Origin: Candidatus Hodarchaeota archaeon
GTDB taxonomy: Archaea > Asgardarchaeota > Lokiarchaeia > Sigyniarchaeales > SOKP01
Assembly (NCBI GenBank): GCA_048886685.1
Contig: JBHLKM010000003.1
Span: 261,548 to 325,547 of the forward strand
Reading direction: 5' to 3'
Length of the DNA: 64,000 bases
Shown here: piece after piece, positions 30,568-40,841 of the stretch
Layout: every line of letters begins with the position of its first letter
How positions within the stretch are numbered: position 1 is the first letter of the stretch
Program-made: the position numbers and the translations under genes
The notes under the pieces: generated by a model
Databases searched by the model: none
What the model was told of the DNA's origin: nothing
Seen by the model: the letters and a program-made list of their open reading frames with translations, nothing else

Positions 30568-30765
30568 ATTTCCCTCATTTTATCATTTAATCTATAAAGA
30601 ATATTAAAAAAAATCAAAGTAGCTTTAATAATTCTATCTTTTAGTTGATACTTAATCTTAAATCACTATTTTTAAAATAAGAAAATCATAAACTATTAAT
30701 TTTTTTGTTCATTCTATAACATACAAGACTTCATTAAACTTCATTTAATTAACTGGTATATTTTT

Positions 30766-31371
30766 ATGTTTAAGCTTTTTACTATTGAGGGAAAAATCGA
30801 AATACCACCTTTTCTCTTTGGTCAAGAAAAAACTGTGAGTGCACGAATAATCTTAAGTGAAGATTATGAGGGGATTATTACTCGCGATTATGGATTTATT
30901 ATAGCTGTCGTTGATGTTCTTAATGTAGGGAAAGGAATAATAATACCTGGTAACGCTAACACGTTCCATGAAGTAGAATTTACAATTCTTACGTTTAAAC
31001 CAACAGTTTCAGAGGTTGTTGAGGGCACTGTAGTAGAAATTGTTGATTTTGGCTCTTTTATACGACTAGGGCCATTAGATGGATTAGTTCACGTATCTCA
31101 AATCTGTGACGATTATATCTCTTATGAACAAGTTGGAAACCGATTTATCGGTAAGGAAACTGGAAAAATCCTTGAAGTAAATGATCAGGTGAGAGCTAAA
31201 ATAATAGCTGTATCCTTAGGTACTGGAAGAAGTGGAAAACTTGGTTTAACAATGAGACAGAAATTCTTGGGTAAGCAAGAATGGATTGAAAACGATATTG
31301 AGGAAGATTTCTCTGAAAAGCAGACAGAAAAAACAGAAGTAAGTGAAGAAGAAGAAGGTTCTTCAGATTAA
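30766..31371 (+). CDS. rpo7: RNA polymerase subunit Rpo7 (E')
   Basis: EVVEG.V...FG.F.RLGPLDGLVHVSQI S1 domain, LTMRQ; precedes spt4. Confidence 0.95.
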   Translation: MFKLFTIEGKIEIPPFLFGQEKTVSARIILSEDYEGIITRDYGFIIAVVDVLNVGKGIIIPGNANTFHEVEFTILTFKPTVSEVVEGTVVEIVDFGSFIRLGPLDGLVHVSQICDDYISYEQVGNRFIGKETGKILEVNDQVRAKIIAVSLGTGRSGKLGLTMRQKFLGKQEWIENDIEEDFSEKQTEKTEVSEEEEGSSD

Positions 31372-31399
31372 ATAAAATAAAAAAACTTCAGGTGATTAA

Positions 31400-31588
31400 G
31401 TGAAAGAAAAAGCATGTAAAAATTGCCATCTAATAACTAAAAACGAAACGATATGTCCTAAATGCAAAACACACACTTTGAGTGAAGATTTTACAGGAGA
31501 AGTTATAATCATAAATCCTAAAGAATCTAAATTTGCTCAACATTTAAAGGTCGTCTATCCTGGAAAATATGCTTTAAGAGTTCGGTAA
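31400..31588 (+). CDS. spt4: Transcription elongation factor Spt4 (RpoE'')
   Basis: KACKNC...CPKC, PGKYALRV; GGTGA SD upstream. Confidence 0.95.
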   Translation: MKEKACKNCHLITKNETICPKCKTHTLSEDFTGEVIIINPKESKFAQHLKVVYPGKYALRVR

Positions 31589-31707
31589 ATCAATCAATCT
31601 AAAAGACATAAACTCAAAAATCAAGTAATTTATTATATATCGATATATTTTCTAACTTAATTTTATAACATTTTTTATATTTATTATTCTTAAATTACTT
31701 GATATAG

Positions 31708-32295
31708 ATGGATTATAATTTAAAAATTCCTCAAAATAAAAGACATCTATTTACCGAACCTCTCGATATCTTAATTGCAGGTGCACGAGAAGAGACAATA
31801 AGTCAGGTTGAAAATCTCTTCAGAGATTATTTAAAATCTAATATAACCTTAAATTTTTACATTGTAGGAGACATAGTTGCTAAGGATTTCTTCTCTAATT
31901 CTTTTTTAAAATCATTCATAAAAATCTGTGTTATTGATGAGAAAACTCAAAGGAATCATTTCAAAATAAATTTTGAGGACTTTTTTGAAGATGTTATTGA
32001 ATTTCAAAATCAAGCTGGCACAATTCATAAGGATTGTTGGGAACTATTTAAGAAAGTTATTAATTCTGGTAAGAAAACCTTGATTAAAATAACTCAGGGG
32101 GAAGAGGATCTACTTATTCTCCCTCTTATTTTAGAATTTCCTATTGAACAACAAAAAGGTCATTTTGCATTTTATGGTCAACCCCCTATAACAGATTCAA
32201 AATTTGTAATTCCAGAAGGAATTGTCATTGTGAATATTGATAAGCATATCCAAAAAAAAGTAAGTAAACTTATATCAATAATGGAAAAATTCTAG
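31708..32295 (+). CDS. DUF359 / GTP-dependent dephospho-CoA kinase
   Basis: VGDIV, IDEKTQR, GEEDL, YGQP; conserved position between spt4 and rps24e. Confidence 0.88.
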   Translation: MDYNLKIPQNKRHLFTEPLDILIAGAREETISQVENLFRDYLKSNITLNFYIVGDIVAKDFFSNSFLKSFIKICVIDEKTQRNHFKINFEDFFEDVIEFQNQAGTIHKDCWELFKKVINSGKKTLIKITQGEEDLLILPLILEFPIEQQKGHFAFYGQPPITDSKFVIPEGIVIVNIDKHIQKKVSKLISIMEKF

Positions 32296-32426
32296 CTCTT
32301 CTTCTTGTTCTTTTTACATTTATATTAGTAAAAAGCAAAATTTTATTTTCTATCTATTCTTTAGATTTCTATAAATCTTATTATATCATATAGGATTTAA
32401 GCATAATAAGAAAAAAAAGGTTCAAA

Positions 32427-32777
32427 ATGTCATTTGAAATTGAAATTACAGAAGAAAAGAAAAACCCATTAATTGACAGAACGGAGTTAACATTCAGAGT
32501 TGATCATTTTGGGGTTAGTTCCCCAAATCGATTAGAGGTAAAAAAGAAAATTGCAGCATTACAAGGCTCTGATGAGAGTTTAACTATAGTAAAAAAGCTT
32601 GATACTCATTTTGGAGCATCGTACTCTCTGGGAAAGGTATATATCTATGATAATGCTAAGGAACTGCAATTTTTTGAACCATTTCATATAAAAGTTCGTA
32701 ATCTTGAAAAAGAAAAACGAGTTGAAATATATCAGCTAAAAAGGAGAAAAGAACCTTACAAGCATTTGTTTAAATAA
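32427..32777 (+). CDS. rps24e: Ribosomal protein S24e
   Basis: NPLIDRTEL, PNR, THFG, IYD; synteny. Confidence 0.93.
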   Translation: MSFEIEITEEKKNPLIDRTELTFRVDHFGVSSPNRLEVKKKIAALQGSDESLTIVKKLDTHFGASYSLGKVYIYDNAKELQFFEPFHIKVRNLEKEKRVEIYQLKRRKEPYKHLFK

Positions 32778-32805
32778 TTATAATTATTTGAAAGTAATAT
32801 AAAAA

Positions 32806-33021
32806 ATGGACGCGTCAAAATATTATAAACTCGAAGGAGATAAGTTAGTTAGAACTCATAGGTCATGTCCTAAATGTGGCCCTAGTTATTTTTTAGCAAA
32901 TCATTATGATAGATGGAGTTGTGGAAAATGTGGTTATGCTGTATTCAAAAGAAAGGGTGCAGCTAAAGGAAAGGCCGCTAGAAGATCTCCTCGTAAACGA
33001 GTAAAATCTTTCGAGAGTTAG
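32806..33021 (+). CDS. rps27ae: Ribosomal protein S27ae
   Basis: CPKCG...HYDRWSCGKCG. Confidence 0.95.
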   Translation: MDASKYYKLEGDKLVRTHRSCPKCGPSYFLANHYDRWSCGKCGYAVFKRKGAAKGKAARRSPRKRVKSFES

Positions 33022-33117
33022 ATTAATCCCTCAATTGGAGATACTTTAACTCGTGAGTGAAATTCTTTTTAAACAGTTCTTTTTCAATTTCAGGATTTTA
33101 TATTTTATTAGTAAATT

Positions 33118-34146
33118 TTGGCGGAATTAATGAAAAAATTCTGTTTAGGTATTGAAAGTACTGCACACACTTGGGGTGTGGGAATAGTTGACTTTGAAGG
33201 AGAAGTGCACGCCCTAATAAATGACACTTTTATACCTGAAAAAGGTGGACTGCATCCTGCTCTAGTACGAGAACATCACTTAAATAATTTTATGGAAGTG
33301 ATTAGTAAAGCTCTTTTAGATGCACATCTAACAATATACGATATTGACCTTGTTGCATTTAGTCAAAGTCCTGGTTTAGGACCTGTCTTAAAAATAGGGG
33401 CTTTAGTCGCCCGTATGTTGAGTCAAATTTTAAAAATTCCTGTTGTAGGTGTGAATCATTGCATTGCCCATGTAGAGATCGGACGTTTAAAGTGTAAAAT
33501 CGAAGATCCTTTAACTTTATACGTTTCTGGAGGTAATACTATTATTAGTGCTTATGAATCAAATAGATATCAGATTTTTGGAGAGACTCTTGATTTGGCA
33601 GTAGGCAATATGATTGATTCTTTTGCTCGAGATGCTGGATTGAGCCATCCTGGAGGACCTAAAATAGAAAAATTAGCATCAAAATCAAAAAAGTACCTTC
33701 CATTGCCTTATATTGTTAAAGGAATGGATTTATCCTTTTCAGGACTTTATACATCTGCTAAACGATTATTAGAATCTCCAGATTTTAATAATAAATATGA
33801 TTTAAATGATATTGCTAATTCACTTCAAGAAACTGCATTTGCTATGTTAACTGAAGTAACTGAAAGAGCGCTTGCTCATACAGATATAAAGGAAGTATTA
33901 CTAACAGGGGGAGTAGCAGCAAATAAAAGATTACAGCAAATGATTCAATATATTAGTAATGAACATGACGCCCGATTTGAAGTAGTTCCTTTAAGGTACG
34001 CAGGAGATAATGGTGCGATGATCGCATGGACAGGGATCTTAAGATATCTATCTGATGGTGGGCATGAAATAACAGAAACTATAGTCAAACCCAAAGAAAG
34101 AATGGATAACATTACAGTTCCATGGAGGGCTGAAAAGAAAACATGA
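33118..34146 (+). CDS. kae1: tRNA threonylcarbamoyltransferase Kae1 (ATG at 33130 is an alternative start)
   Basis: LGIESTAHT, NHCIAHVEIG, YVSGGNT, GDNGAMIAW. Confidence 0.96.
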   Translation: MAELMKKFCLGIESTAHTWGVGIVDFEGEVHALINDTFIPEKGGLHPALVREHHLNNFMEVISKALLDAHLTIYDIDLVAFSQSPGLGPVLKIGALVARMLSQILKIPVVGVNHCIAHVEIGRLKCKIEDPLTLYVSGGNTIISAYESNRYQIFGETLDLAVGNMIDSFARDAGLSHPGGPKIEKLASKSKKYLPLPYIVKGMDLSFSGLYTSAKRLLESPDFNNKYDLNDIANSLQETAFAMLTEVTERALAHTDIKEVLLTGGVAANKRLQQMIQYISNEHDARFEVVPLRYAGDNGAMIAWTGILRYLSDGGHEITETIVKPKERMDNITVPWRAEKKT

Positions 34147-34817
34147 GTTCTGAGATATATAAAGAGAAATTGATTTATAAAGGTGCGGAAGCTAGTCTTT
34201 GGCTTGGCTATTGGTTTGGAAAAAAGGTAATTTTCAAGTATCGTATTCCCAAAAAATATCGTTTAGAAGAAATCGATAAAAGAATTAGAACTGAACGGAC
34301 TATAAATGAAGCAAAAGCATTAATCAAGGTTAAATCTTATGGTTTAAATGTCCCTCAAGTTTATGAAATTGATATTCAAAACCCAACTATAATAATGAAA
34401 TATATTGAGGGAGAAAAACTAAAAAATCTTTTAAAAAGGTTAAATGATAACAAGAAAGAGAGTTATTTTAAACAAATTGGCATTTATGTTGCAAAGTTAC
34501 ATAAAAACGGGCACATCCATGGTGATATCACTACAAGCAATTTAATAATTACGAAAGGAGAAGAAATTTTCCTTATCGATTTTGGATTACATGATTATTC
34601 TGATACAATAGAAGATAAGAGCGTAGACCTTCATCTCTTTAAGAGAGTGTTAATATCATCCCATGGATATGACTATGAGTTCTGTTTTAAAGCATTTCTT
34701 GAAGGTTATAGATCTGGATATAGGAAAACAAACAAAATTGAATGCAATCAGATTATTAAAAATATTAATGCCATCGAGACGCGTGGAAGATATGTAAAAT
34801 CAGAAGATAGATTATAA
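34143..34817 (+). CDS. bud32: KEOPS kinase Bud32
   Basis: KGAEA, HGDITTSN, IDFGL, RGRY; ATGA overlap with kae1. Confidence 0.95.
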   Translation: MSSEIYKEKLIYKGAEASLWLGYWFGKKVIFKYRIPKKYRLEEIDKRIRTERTINEAKALIKVKSYGLNVPQVYEIDIQNPTIIMKYIEGEKLKNLLKRLNDNKKESYFKQIGIYVAKLHKNGHIHGDITTSNLIITKGEEIFLIDFGLHDYSDTIEDKSVDLHLFKRVLISSHGYDYEFCFKAFLEGYRSGYRKTNKIECNQIIKNINAIETRGRYVKSEDRL

Positions 34818-35137
34818 TACTCATATTTCATCTAAAAAGAGAATTATTAAAGATTGGTTGGATTTTTAATAAGAATAAAATATTTTCAATCATACTCTTA
34901 TTTATACATATAATTTGTTCACCTAAATAATTAAACAATCAAAATAATTTATATCTGATATTGGAATCTTTAGATACTTTAAATAGGGATAAATAAATTT
35001 ATATTGATATTTTACTTACTATATAATATTAGAAAAGAGTGAAAAGAGTAGGGACAAGAATATATCTGCGTTTCTAATTCACTTTTTCATCTGTTAGCAA
35101 CAGCAGTTTAAAGTCCATATAGCTTGGAGTTAAATAA

Positions 35138-35347
35138 ATGATGAGTAGTGAGAAAAAGAAAACTAAACCTAAAATGGTCAATATTACAATCAATTTACCT
35201 GAAATATATGATCAAAATATTCAGAAGCTCATAAAAATGAAGTTAGTCCCTAGTCGATCTGAAGCAATTCGTGTTGCGCTACGAGAATTTTTACATAACG
35301 AGTATAAAAATCTGAAATTGTTAGGTTTTTTCGAAGAAAATGTTTAA
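35138..35347 (+). CDS. Ribbon-helix-helix (CopG/CdrS-like) regulator
   Basis: NITINLP...PSRSEAIRVALREFL. Confidence 0.85.
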   Translation: MMSSEKKKTKPKMVNITINLPEIYDQNIQKLIKMKLVPSRSEAIRVALREFLHNEYKNLKLLGFFEENV

Positions 35348-35499
35348 GGTTTTTGCAAAATCAATAATCGCTCTAAATTTTTCTGATATGGTTAAATCAA
35401 AATATTTCTTCATTTTGCTATAGTTAAAATTTAAAACCTTCTTTTACTTAGTAAAACTAAGGGTTTACAATATTTTTAAAAATTGAAAATTTAACCGCA

Positions 35500-36105
35500 T
35501 TGATAATATATAGTGTTTTTGAGAATGGAGTTTTAAGAAAGATAAGTAAAGTTGATTTCAGCAATACTAAAGTTTATCTAATTGATGACTTTAAAACGAT
35601 ATATTTATGGTATGGTTCAAAATCATCCAAAAGAAAGAGAGAATTTGGTAAAAAAAAAGCAAACAGTTTAAATAATAAGCGGAAAGCTCCTGCTAAAATC
35701 CAAATTATTAATCAGGATAAGGAATTTGGTGCCTTCCTTGCTATTATGGATCTTCTAAAGAAGGGTTCGGGCGAACAAGAATCTTTCGAAAAGAGGGAGG
35801 AATTAGAGTTAGAAATTGAAAACACTTTAGAACTTATTGATGCAGGATTAGAAATGGATCTAGAAGCTGAAATAACTCTTGCTGCCCATAAACTTTCAAA
35901 CAAAAAAGTTTCATATGAGGATTTATCAAGACGATTAGCTGAATTACAATTGACTCTTTTAAAAGCTAATAAAAAACCTTCAGAAGCGGAAATTAACAAA
36001 AAAACTAAAGAAATTCTTAAATCCTCCTCCACTTATGAAGAACTATGTTGGCTTGTATCGGAGCTTGAAATTTTAATAGAGAAAAAGCATTTGGTGGATA
36101 AATAA
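35500..36105 (+). CDS. Gelsolin-like domain protein with helical C-terminal domain
   Basis: KVYLIDDFKTIYLWYGSKSS...INQDKE gelsolin core pattern. Confidence 0.75.
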   Translation: MIIYSVFENGVLRKISKVDFSNTKVYLIDDFKTIYLWYGSKSSKRKREFGKKKANSLNNKRKAPAKIQIINQDKEFGAFLAIMDLLKKGSGEQESFEKREELELEIENTLELIDAGLEMDLEAEITLAAHKLSNKKVSYEDLSRRLAELQLTLLKANKKPSEAEINKKTKEILKSSSTYEELCWLVSELEILIEKKHLVDK

Positions 36106-36113
36106 TTGTATAA

Positions 36114-37808
36114 TTAATTAATTATTAAGCTTATCCCAACCGCGTTAGAGATTACAGCAGCAAAAAAGATTTGTATTATACTGAAAGAAACTATTACCAC
36201 AAGATAAAAACTATTTATTTTCTCAAATATTTTCGTGTTCTGTATTATAACTAGTACAAAAATAAGAAAAGTAAATAATAAAGACGGAAAATAAGATAAT
36301 CGCTTAGTTAAAAACATTAAGCTAATTAAAACTAAAATTGTTGTTATCATAACTACTTTGTTTTTTGAACCTTTTGACTTTAAGAACTTTAGTTGTGGAT
36401 ATATCACCTTCCTGAGAAGTAATTCTATGGACAAAAACACTGGAAAAGCAAAATATCCTAGAATAATATGAACAGCAAAATTAGATGGCCAAATGAAACT
36501 AAAGGGATAATAAAATGAGAACATCATATAGATCGTTAAAAGATAAACTGTGCTTAGTATAGTAAAGATTAGGTATTTCAATTTAAATTGAGCTTTTACT
36601 TTTTTGGTAAAATTAAGCTTCACACCAATTTTCTTAGGCTTTTTCAAGAAAATTATTAGTTTTATTAGATAATATATTAAAATCATATTCAGAGAAGCAA
36701 ATAATACCCCTGGTAAACCAAAAATTCTTTCCAATATCACCCAATTCAGTAAAAATGCTCCAATCGAGAGAACTACTTTCAAAATTTGTCTTTTTTTATA
36801 TGAATTTGAAAATAATATTTCATAATTAATTGAGTTTAAATCTTCAATCCCCTCCTCTTTTCTAAAAAATAATCTACTTGATATTGATATAAGATATATA
36901 ACATTAATAAATAGTAAAGCCAAATTGATAATAATTAGGACGTAATTCCAGTAAAATGTTATATATATAGGGCCATTTATCACTTCAGAATTAAAGAAAT
37001 GATATTCAAACCAATTTATTGAAATCTTAAGAACTTTGTCTGAAAATAATTGATGTGCTCCTCCAATCATAAAGCCCTTCATTGTCATTAAAGAACAATT
37101 TGTTAATTGTTGAGCTTTTAAGGCGTTTTCTGTATAGTCTAAAATTTCATCATTAATATGATGGATTATTAAGAGATTTTCAGTATTTTCTTTATTTAAT
37201 AGGTTTACAGGGATATATTTAAGAAATTCTTCATTGTAGATAAAACCAAATCTAGGTGGTTCAAAATTTACTAATGGAGCTAATACAACAGTCACTTTGA
37301 ATCGAGAATCTAAAGCTTGATTCATTAATACAACCATCCCCCCAAGAGAATGACCAATTAAACCAATTTGCGAAATGTTAACATCTCTATAAAATGGCAA
37401 AGTTTCTAACTTATCCAATAATTTAGAACAATCTTGTGCTAATGCGGGAATACTGGTTATAGGATCAATATTATTAATGTTTCCTTCGCTCTCACCGTGC
37501 CCTTGATAATCTAAAGCAACAACATAAAAACCCCTTTTTGTAAATTCAATTGGTATCCTTAAGTCAAAATCTCTTTTTGACCCGATCCCATGACAATAAA
37601 TGACTAATGGCTTAGTTTCTTGAAAATTTAAAGATTTTGAAGGATAGTACAAATTCGCATACAATTTTGCTCCAGATGATTCAAATTGAATCCTTTCATA
37701 TCTATTGTAACTAATCTCTTTATTTAGTTGCAAAATAGAAAGAGAAATGATGAGTAATATGATAAAAATTAATAAAATCTTCAAATTTTTGTGATCTTTA
37801 GGAGTCAT
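36114..37808 (-). CDS. Alpha/beta hydrolase with C-terminal multi-TM domain (start possibly ATT at 37868)
   Basis: HGIG, DYQGHGES, GHSLGG; about seven TM helices in the C-terminal half. Confidence 0.85.
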   Translation of the reverse strand: MTPKDHKNLKILLIFIILLIISLSILQLNKEISYNRYERIQFESSGAKLYANLYYPSKSLNFQETKPLVIYCHGIGSKRDFDLRIPIEFTKRGFYVVALDYQGHGESEGNINNIDPITSIPALAQDCSKLLDKLETLPFYRDVNISQIGLIGHSLGGMVVLMNQALDSRFKVTVVLAPLVNFEPPRFGFIYNEEFLKYIPVNLLNKENTENLLIIHHINDEILDYTENALKAQQLTNCSLMTMKGFMIGGAHQLFSDKVLKISINWFEYHFFNSEVINGPIYITFYWNYVLIIINLALLFINVIYLISISSRLFFRKEEGIEDLNSINYEILFSNSYKKRQILKVVLSIGAFLLNWVILERIFGLPGVLFASLNMILIYYLIKLIIFLKKPKKIGVKLNFTKKVKAQFKLKYLIFTILSTVYLLTIYMMFSFYYPFSFIWPSNFAVHIILGYFAFPVFLSIELLLRKVIYPQLKFLKSKGSKNKVVMITTILVLISLMFLTKRLSYFPSLLFTFLIFVLVIIQNTKIFEKINSFYLVVIVSFSIIQIFFAAVISNAVGISLIIN

Positions 37809-38156
37809 CTCACCAACAATAATGTATTCTGTTTCTTCTATAACAGTTGATTGGTTGTTTGAGATAATTCTTTCTCACCTATTTTTCATTTTTCAAACTT
37901 CGTGAAACCACAATTTATATATAATAAACATACTATTTAAATGTTTTCACAAAGTTTGAAATTTAGGAAAAATAAAGATCAATTTAAATTAGAATAAAAA
38001 TAAGGATTATACAAGATACAATAATGCATTCATAATATTTTATCTAAACATGGAAATATGGGTTAAAGGTATATTGAAATTTAATAAAGCTAAAAGGAAT
38101 TCTAAAAATTCTTATAAAGGTAATAATTTCTACATTAATAAATACAAAAGGAAAAG

Positions 38157-38402
38157 TTATCTACGTCCTCTTATTTTACGTGCTTCTCTTTCTACTTCTC
38201 GTAGAATCACTATATCGTCCATTCTGATAGGACCCTTCACATTACGGGTTAAAATACGATTTTTATCTGGGCCTTCCAAAATTCTTACTTTTATTTGAGT
38301 TATTTCACCTGTGAGTCCAGTTCGTCCTATTACTTGAATTACTTGAGCAGGGATTGATTGATCTTGAACACTAACTCCCTTAGATTTATCTAATTTAACC
38401 AT
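38157..38402 (-). CDS. rps28e: Ribosomal protein S28e
   Basis: IGRTG..GEITQ.KVRILEG...RNVKGP...EREAR. Confidence 0.96.
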   Translation of the reverse strand: MVKLDKSKGVSVQDQSIPAQVIQVIGRTGLTGEITQIKVRILEGPDKNRILTRNVKGPIRMDDIVILREVEREARKIRGRR

Positions 38403-38421
38403 ATAATTTCACCAGGTTTAT

Positions 38422-38793
38422 TTACTTTTTAATTTCTTCCAATTTTTTAATAACGTCATCTAAAACGCCTTCATTTCCTGTTCCAACGTTTTCTATAGCT
38501 ATAGCACTTGCTGATACATTAATTCTCGCTGTATTTCCTAATTCTTTTTTAGTTGATAAATATCCATAAGGAATTCCTTTCTCTTCACATAAAAGTGGAA
38601 TGTGGAATAGAATTTCTGGAGGACTAACATCTTCAGCCATAATAATTAGTTTTGCAAGCTGTCTTTCAATAGATTTGGTAACCTCGTTCATTCCTTTTCG
38701 GATTTTAGAATCCCGAGTTTCTGCAATTTTGCTTAACGCGTTCTTTAATGAAGATTTTAATTTGTCTGGAACTTGATATTTAACATATGAAAT
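38422..38793 (-). CDS. rpl7ae: Ribosomal protein L7Ae, extended to an in-frame ATT
   Basis: KGMNEVTK, AEDVSPPEI; the frame continues upstream of the called ATG as SYVKYQVPDKLK...KIRKG (typical L7Ae N-terminus) up to a TAA at 38797-38799. Confidence 0.9.
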   Translation of the reverse strand: MSYVKYQVPDKLKSSLKNALSKIAETRDSKIRKGMNEVTKSIERQLAKLIIMAEDVSPPEILFHIPLLCEEKGIPYGYLSTKKELGNTARINVSASAIAIENVGTGNEGVLDDVIKKLEEIKK

Positions 38794-38946
38794 TTTTTAT
38801 CATCTCCTTCAAATATACATAAAAATTAATATATTTTCATAATTCATCGATATTTGATACAGTATTTAATACAAGATTAAAAATAAAATTTGTCATTTAG
38901 AAGGCAAAATCTAAAAATTTTTTTATCATGTTTCTTTGTAAAAATT

Positions 38947-39147
38947 ATGATTATACCAATCCGTTGTTTTTCATGTGGCAAGCTCATTGCTCATATATAC
39001 AAACCTTATTTAGAATATCTGGAAAAAGGGGAAAGTTCTGAGAAGGCTTTTAAGGAGCTAGGAATTGAGAGATGGTGCTGTAAGAGAATGATTGTTGGGC
39101 ACGTTGACTTAATAGATGAGCTACTTAAATTTCCTCGATTACAATAA
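38947..39147 (+). CDS. rpo10: RNA polymerase subunit Rpo10 (N)
   Basis: MIIPIRCFSCGK...RWCCKRM; start reassigned to ATG 38947. Confidence 0.95.
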   Translation: MIIPIRCFSCGKLIAHIYKPYLEYLEKGESSEKAFKELGIERWCCKRMIVGHVDLIDELLKFPRLQ

Positions 39148-39205
39148 GGAAAACCTTCTACTCTTAGACCATTTCTAATAACTCTAAAAAAAACTAGATT
39201 TTTAT

Positions 39206-39388
39206 TTACTGCTTTCCGTAGTGAGCAGTCCATCTTGTTTTTCTTGCTTTTTTATTATAATCAAGCATCGATTTTCTGCACTTATTAGTACAAAAGTGTA
39301 AGATTGTCCCGTCTCTCCTAATGAACATCACCCCTCTACCTATAGGAATATCAAAACCGCAGAAACTGCATTTTTTAACTTTAACCAT
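39206..39388 (-). CDS. rpl24e: Ribosomal protein L24e
   Basis: CSFCG.DI..GRG.MF...DG...FC..KC, RWT. Confidence 0.95.
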   Translation of the reverse strand: MVKVKKCSFCGFDIPIGRGVMFIRRDGTILHFCTNKCRKSMLDYNKKARKTRWTAHYGKQ

Positions 39389-39410
39389 GATTATTCATCT
39401 TGTAAATTAT

Positions 39411-39815
39411 CTATTCTTTTTCTTTCTTGAAAAGTTCGGCTTCTCCGTATTTAACAACTTTCAAATTGATCAGAGTCATGTCATAGGTTACTTCATTACC
39501 TCTTACCGTTTTTCTTTTCTTCTCACCTTTCCTTCTGGGTTTGTAACCTATACCTCGTTTGGAGACAAGAATCTTTTTCTTTACGGGTCCATGTACGTCT
39601 TTTCTCATTGGAAATCCACTTGAATCGCTCCCACCCGTAATTTCAAACTCATAGTTCGGAAATCCTACAAGCCCTCCTTTGATATTATCCCCGATTTTCA
39701 TTCCTTCAAATCTAAACTTTTTTTCATCAATTTCAATTAGTTTAGACATCCCTTTTCCAGGACCTTTATTCCCACCGCTTATATTTAATTTATAGACAAT
39801 TTTCTCAGAGGACAC
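39411..39815 (-). CDS. rps6e: Ribosomal protein S6e
   Basis: ITGGSDSSGFPMR, KRKTVRG. Confidence 0.95.
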   Translation of the reverse strand: MSSEKIVYKLNISGGNKGPGKGMSKLIEIDEKKFRFEGMKIGDNIKGGLVGFPNYEFEITGGSDSSGFPMRKDVHGPVKKKILVSKRGIGYKPRRKGEKKRKTVRGNEVTYDMTLINLKVVKYGEAELFKKEKE

Positions 39816-39989
39816 GATTCATCATAATAGAACTTGAATAAACAAGATTAACATCAAAAATGTATATATTCATAAAAATTTTATGAATTTAGGGTTTAGA
39901 TTTATTTTCTGTATATCTTTATTTACTGCAATTTATTTTAACTATAATAACCTATAAAAATTATATAGGAATTTCATGTATCACCTATT

Positions 39990-40841
39990 ATGCAGATATT
40001 TGAAGTAATTGAACGAGTAGAATTTCCTTTCATGGAAACAAAAGAACTGATAGATGGAGTATTAGTTAGTGACATAATAAGTGATAATAGCGATGGTAAG
40101 GTATTTTTATTAGTAGATCACGATACCAAAAGAATTTGGACTTATAATGGACATCAGAGTTCACTTAAACTTCAAATTTATGGTGGGATTCTAGCGGGTA
40201 TGCTACGACAACAATTAAAATTATTTTACAGAGTGTATCCCTTGAATATGTACTCTCAAGCAGATAAAGAATTTCAAGAAATAATGAAAAAGCAATTAGG
40301 TCCTGGACGTGCGAAATCCATTGAAGAAAAAGATTTCTCGAAGAAAGCCCCAGACAAATATATTGTAGATGCATCAATCCAAAACCCTCATTCAACAAAA
40401 GCAATTGAATATATTAACCAGTTTCCAAAGCCAGAAAATTTAATTCGAAGATTTATGATAATAGGAGGGAAAATTTTCACAGATGAAGAAATTACCGAAG
40501 CATTTTTGAAAGAAGAAATAAAGTCAACGAAGCCTGTAAAATTAGGGCAGTTAAATAATGGGTTTACTTTTTTTCAAGATCGTAATTATTCGACAAGATT
40601 AATTATCAGAGATAGAAAAATTCAAGGATTAGAATTGTATACTAAAAAAGAAGATAAGTCTATTCCATTGGAATTACAAATCCCCATAATTTATGAAGAT
40701 AAATTTAATAAACCAGGTTCTATTGAAGATATATTGAAAGCTTTTAAAATTCCAGACCAAGTACCTGAAGATAATAATGGACAAGATTTAACAAACAAAG
40801 AACTTAACTCAATTAATAATGATTCTTCTGATCAATCCTAA
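39990..40841 (+). CDS. Hypothetical protein with divergent gelsolin-like N-terminal domain
   Basis: KVFLLVDHDTKRIWTYNGHQSS resembles the gelsolin hhhhD...hW.G..S core. Confidence 0.55.
   Translation: MQIFEVIERVEFPFMETKELIDGVLVSDIISDNSDGKVFLLVDHDTKRIWTYNGHQSSLKLQIYGGILAGMLRQQLKLFYRVYPLNMYSQADKEFQEIMKKQLGPGRAKSIEEKDFSKKAPDKYIVDASIQNPHSTKAIEYINQFPKPENLIRRFMIIGGKIFTDEEITEAFLKEEIKSTKPVKLGQLNNGFTFFQDRNYSTRLIIRDRKIQGLELYTKKEDKSIPLELQIPIIYEDKFNKPGSIEDILKAFKIPDQVPEDNNGQDLTNKELNSINNDSSDQS

Noticed and set aside
30568-30765. Search for an aromatic-residue leader peptide upstream of aroA' (and Arg-rich uORF upstream of pdaD, 57165-57497)
   Set aside because: Only very short uORFs without cognate residue runs were seen.
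32806-33021. Possible ubiquitin-S27a fusion as in eukaryotes
   Set aside because: The gene starts directly with S27ae; no upstream ubiquitin domain.
38890-38946. N-terminal extension of rpo10 (and likewise 42943-43014 of the aminotransferase)
   Set aside because: Family N-termini begin at the downstream ATGs.
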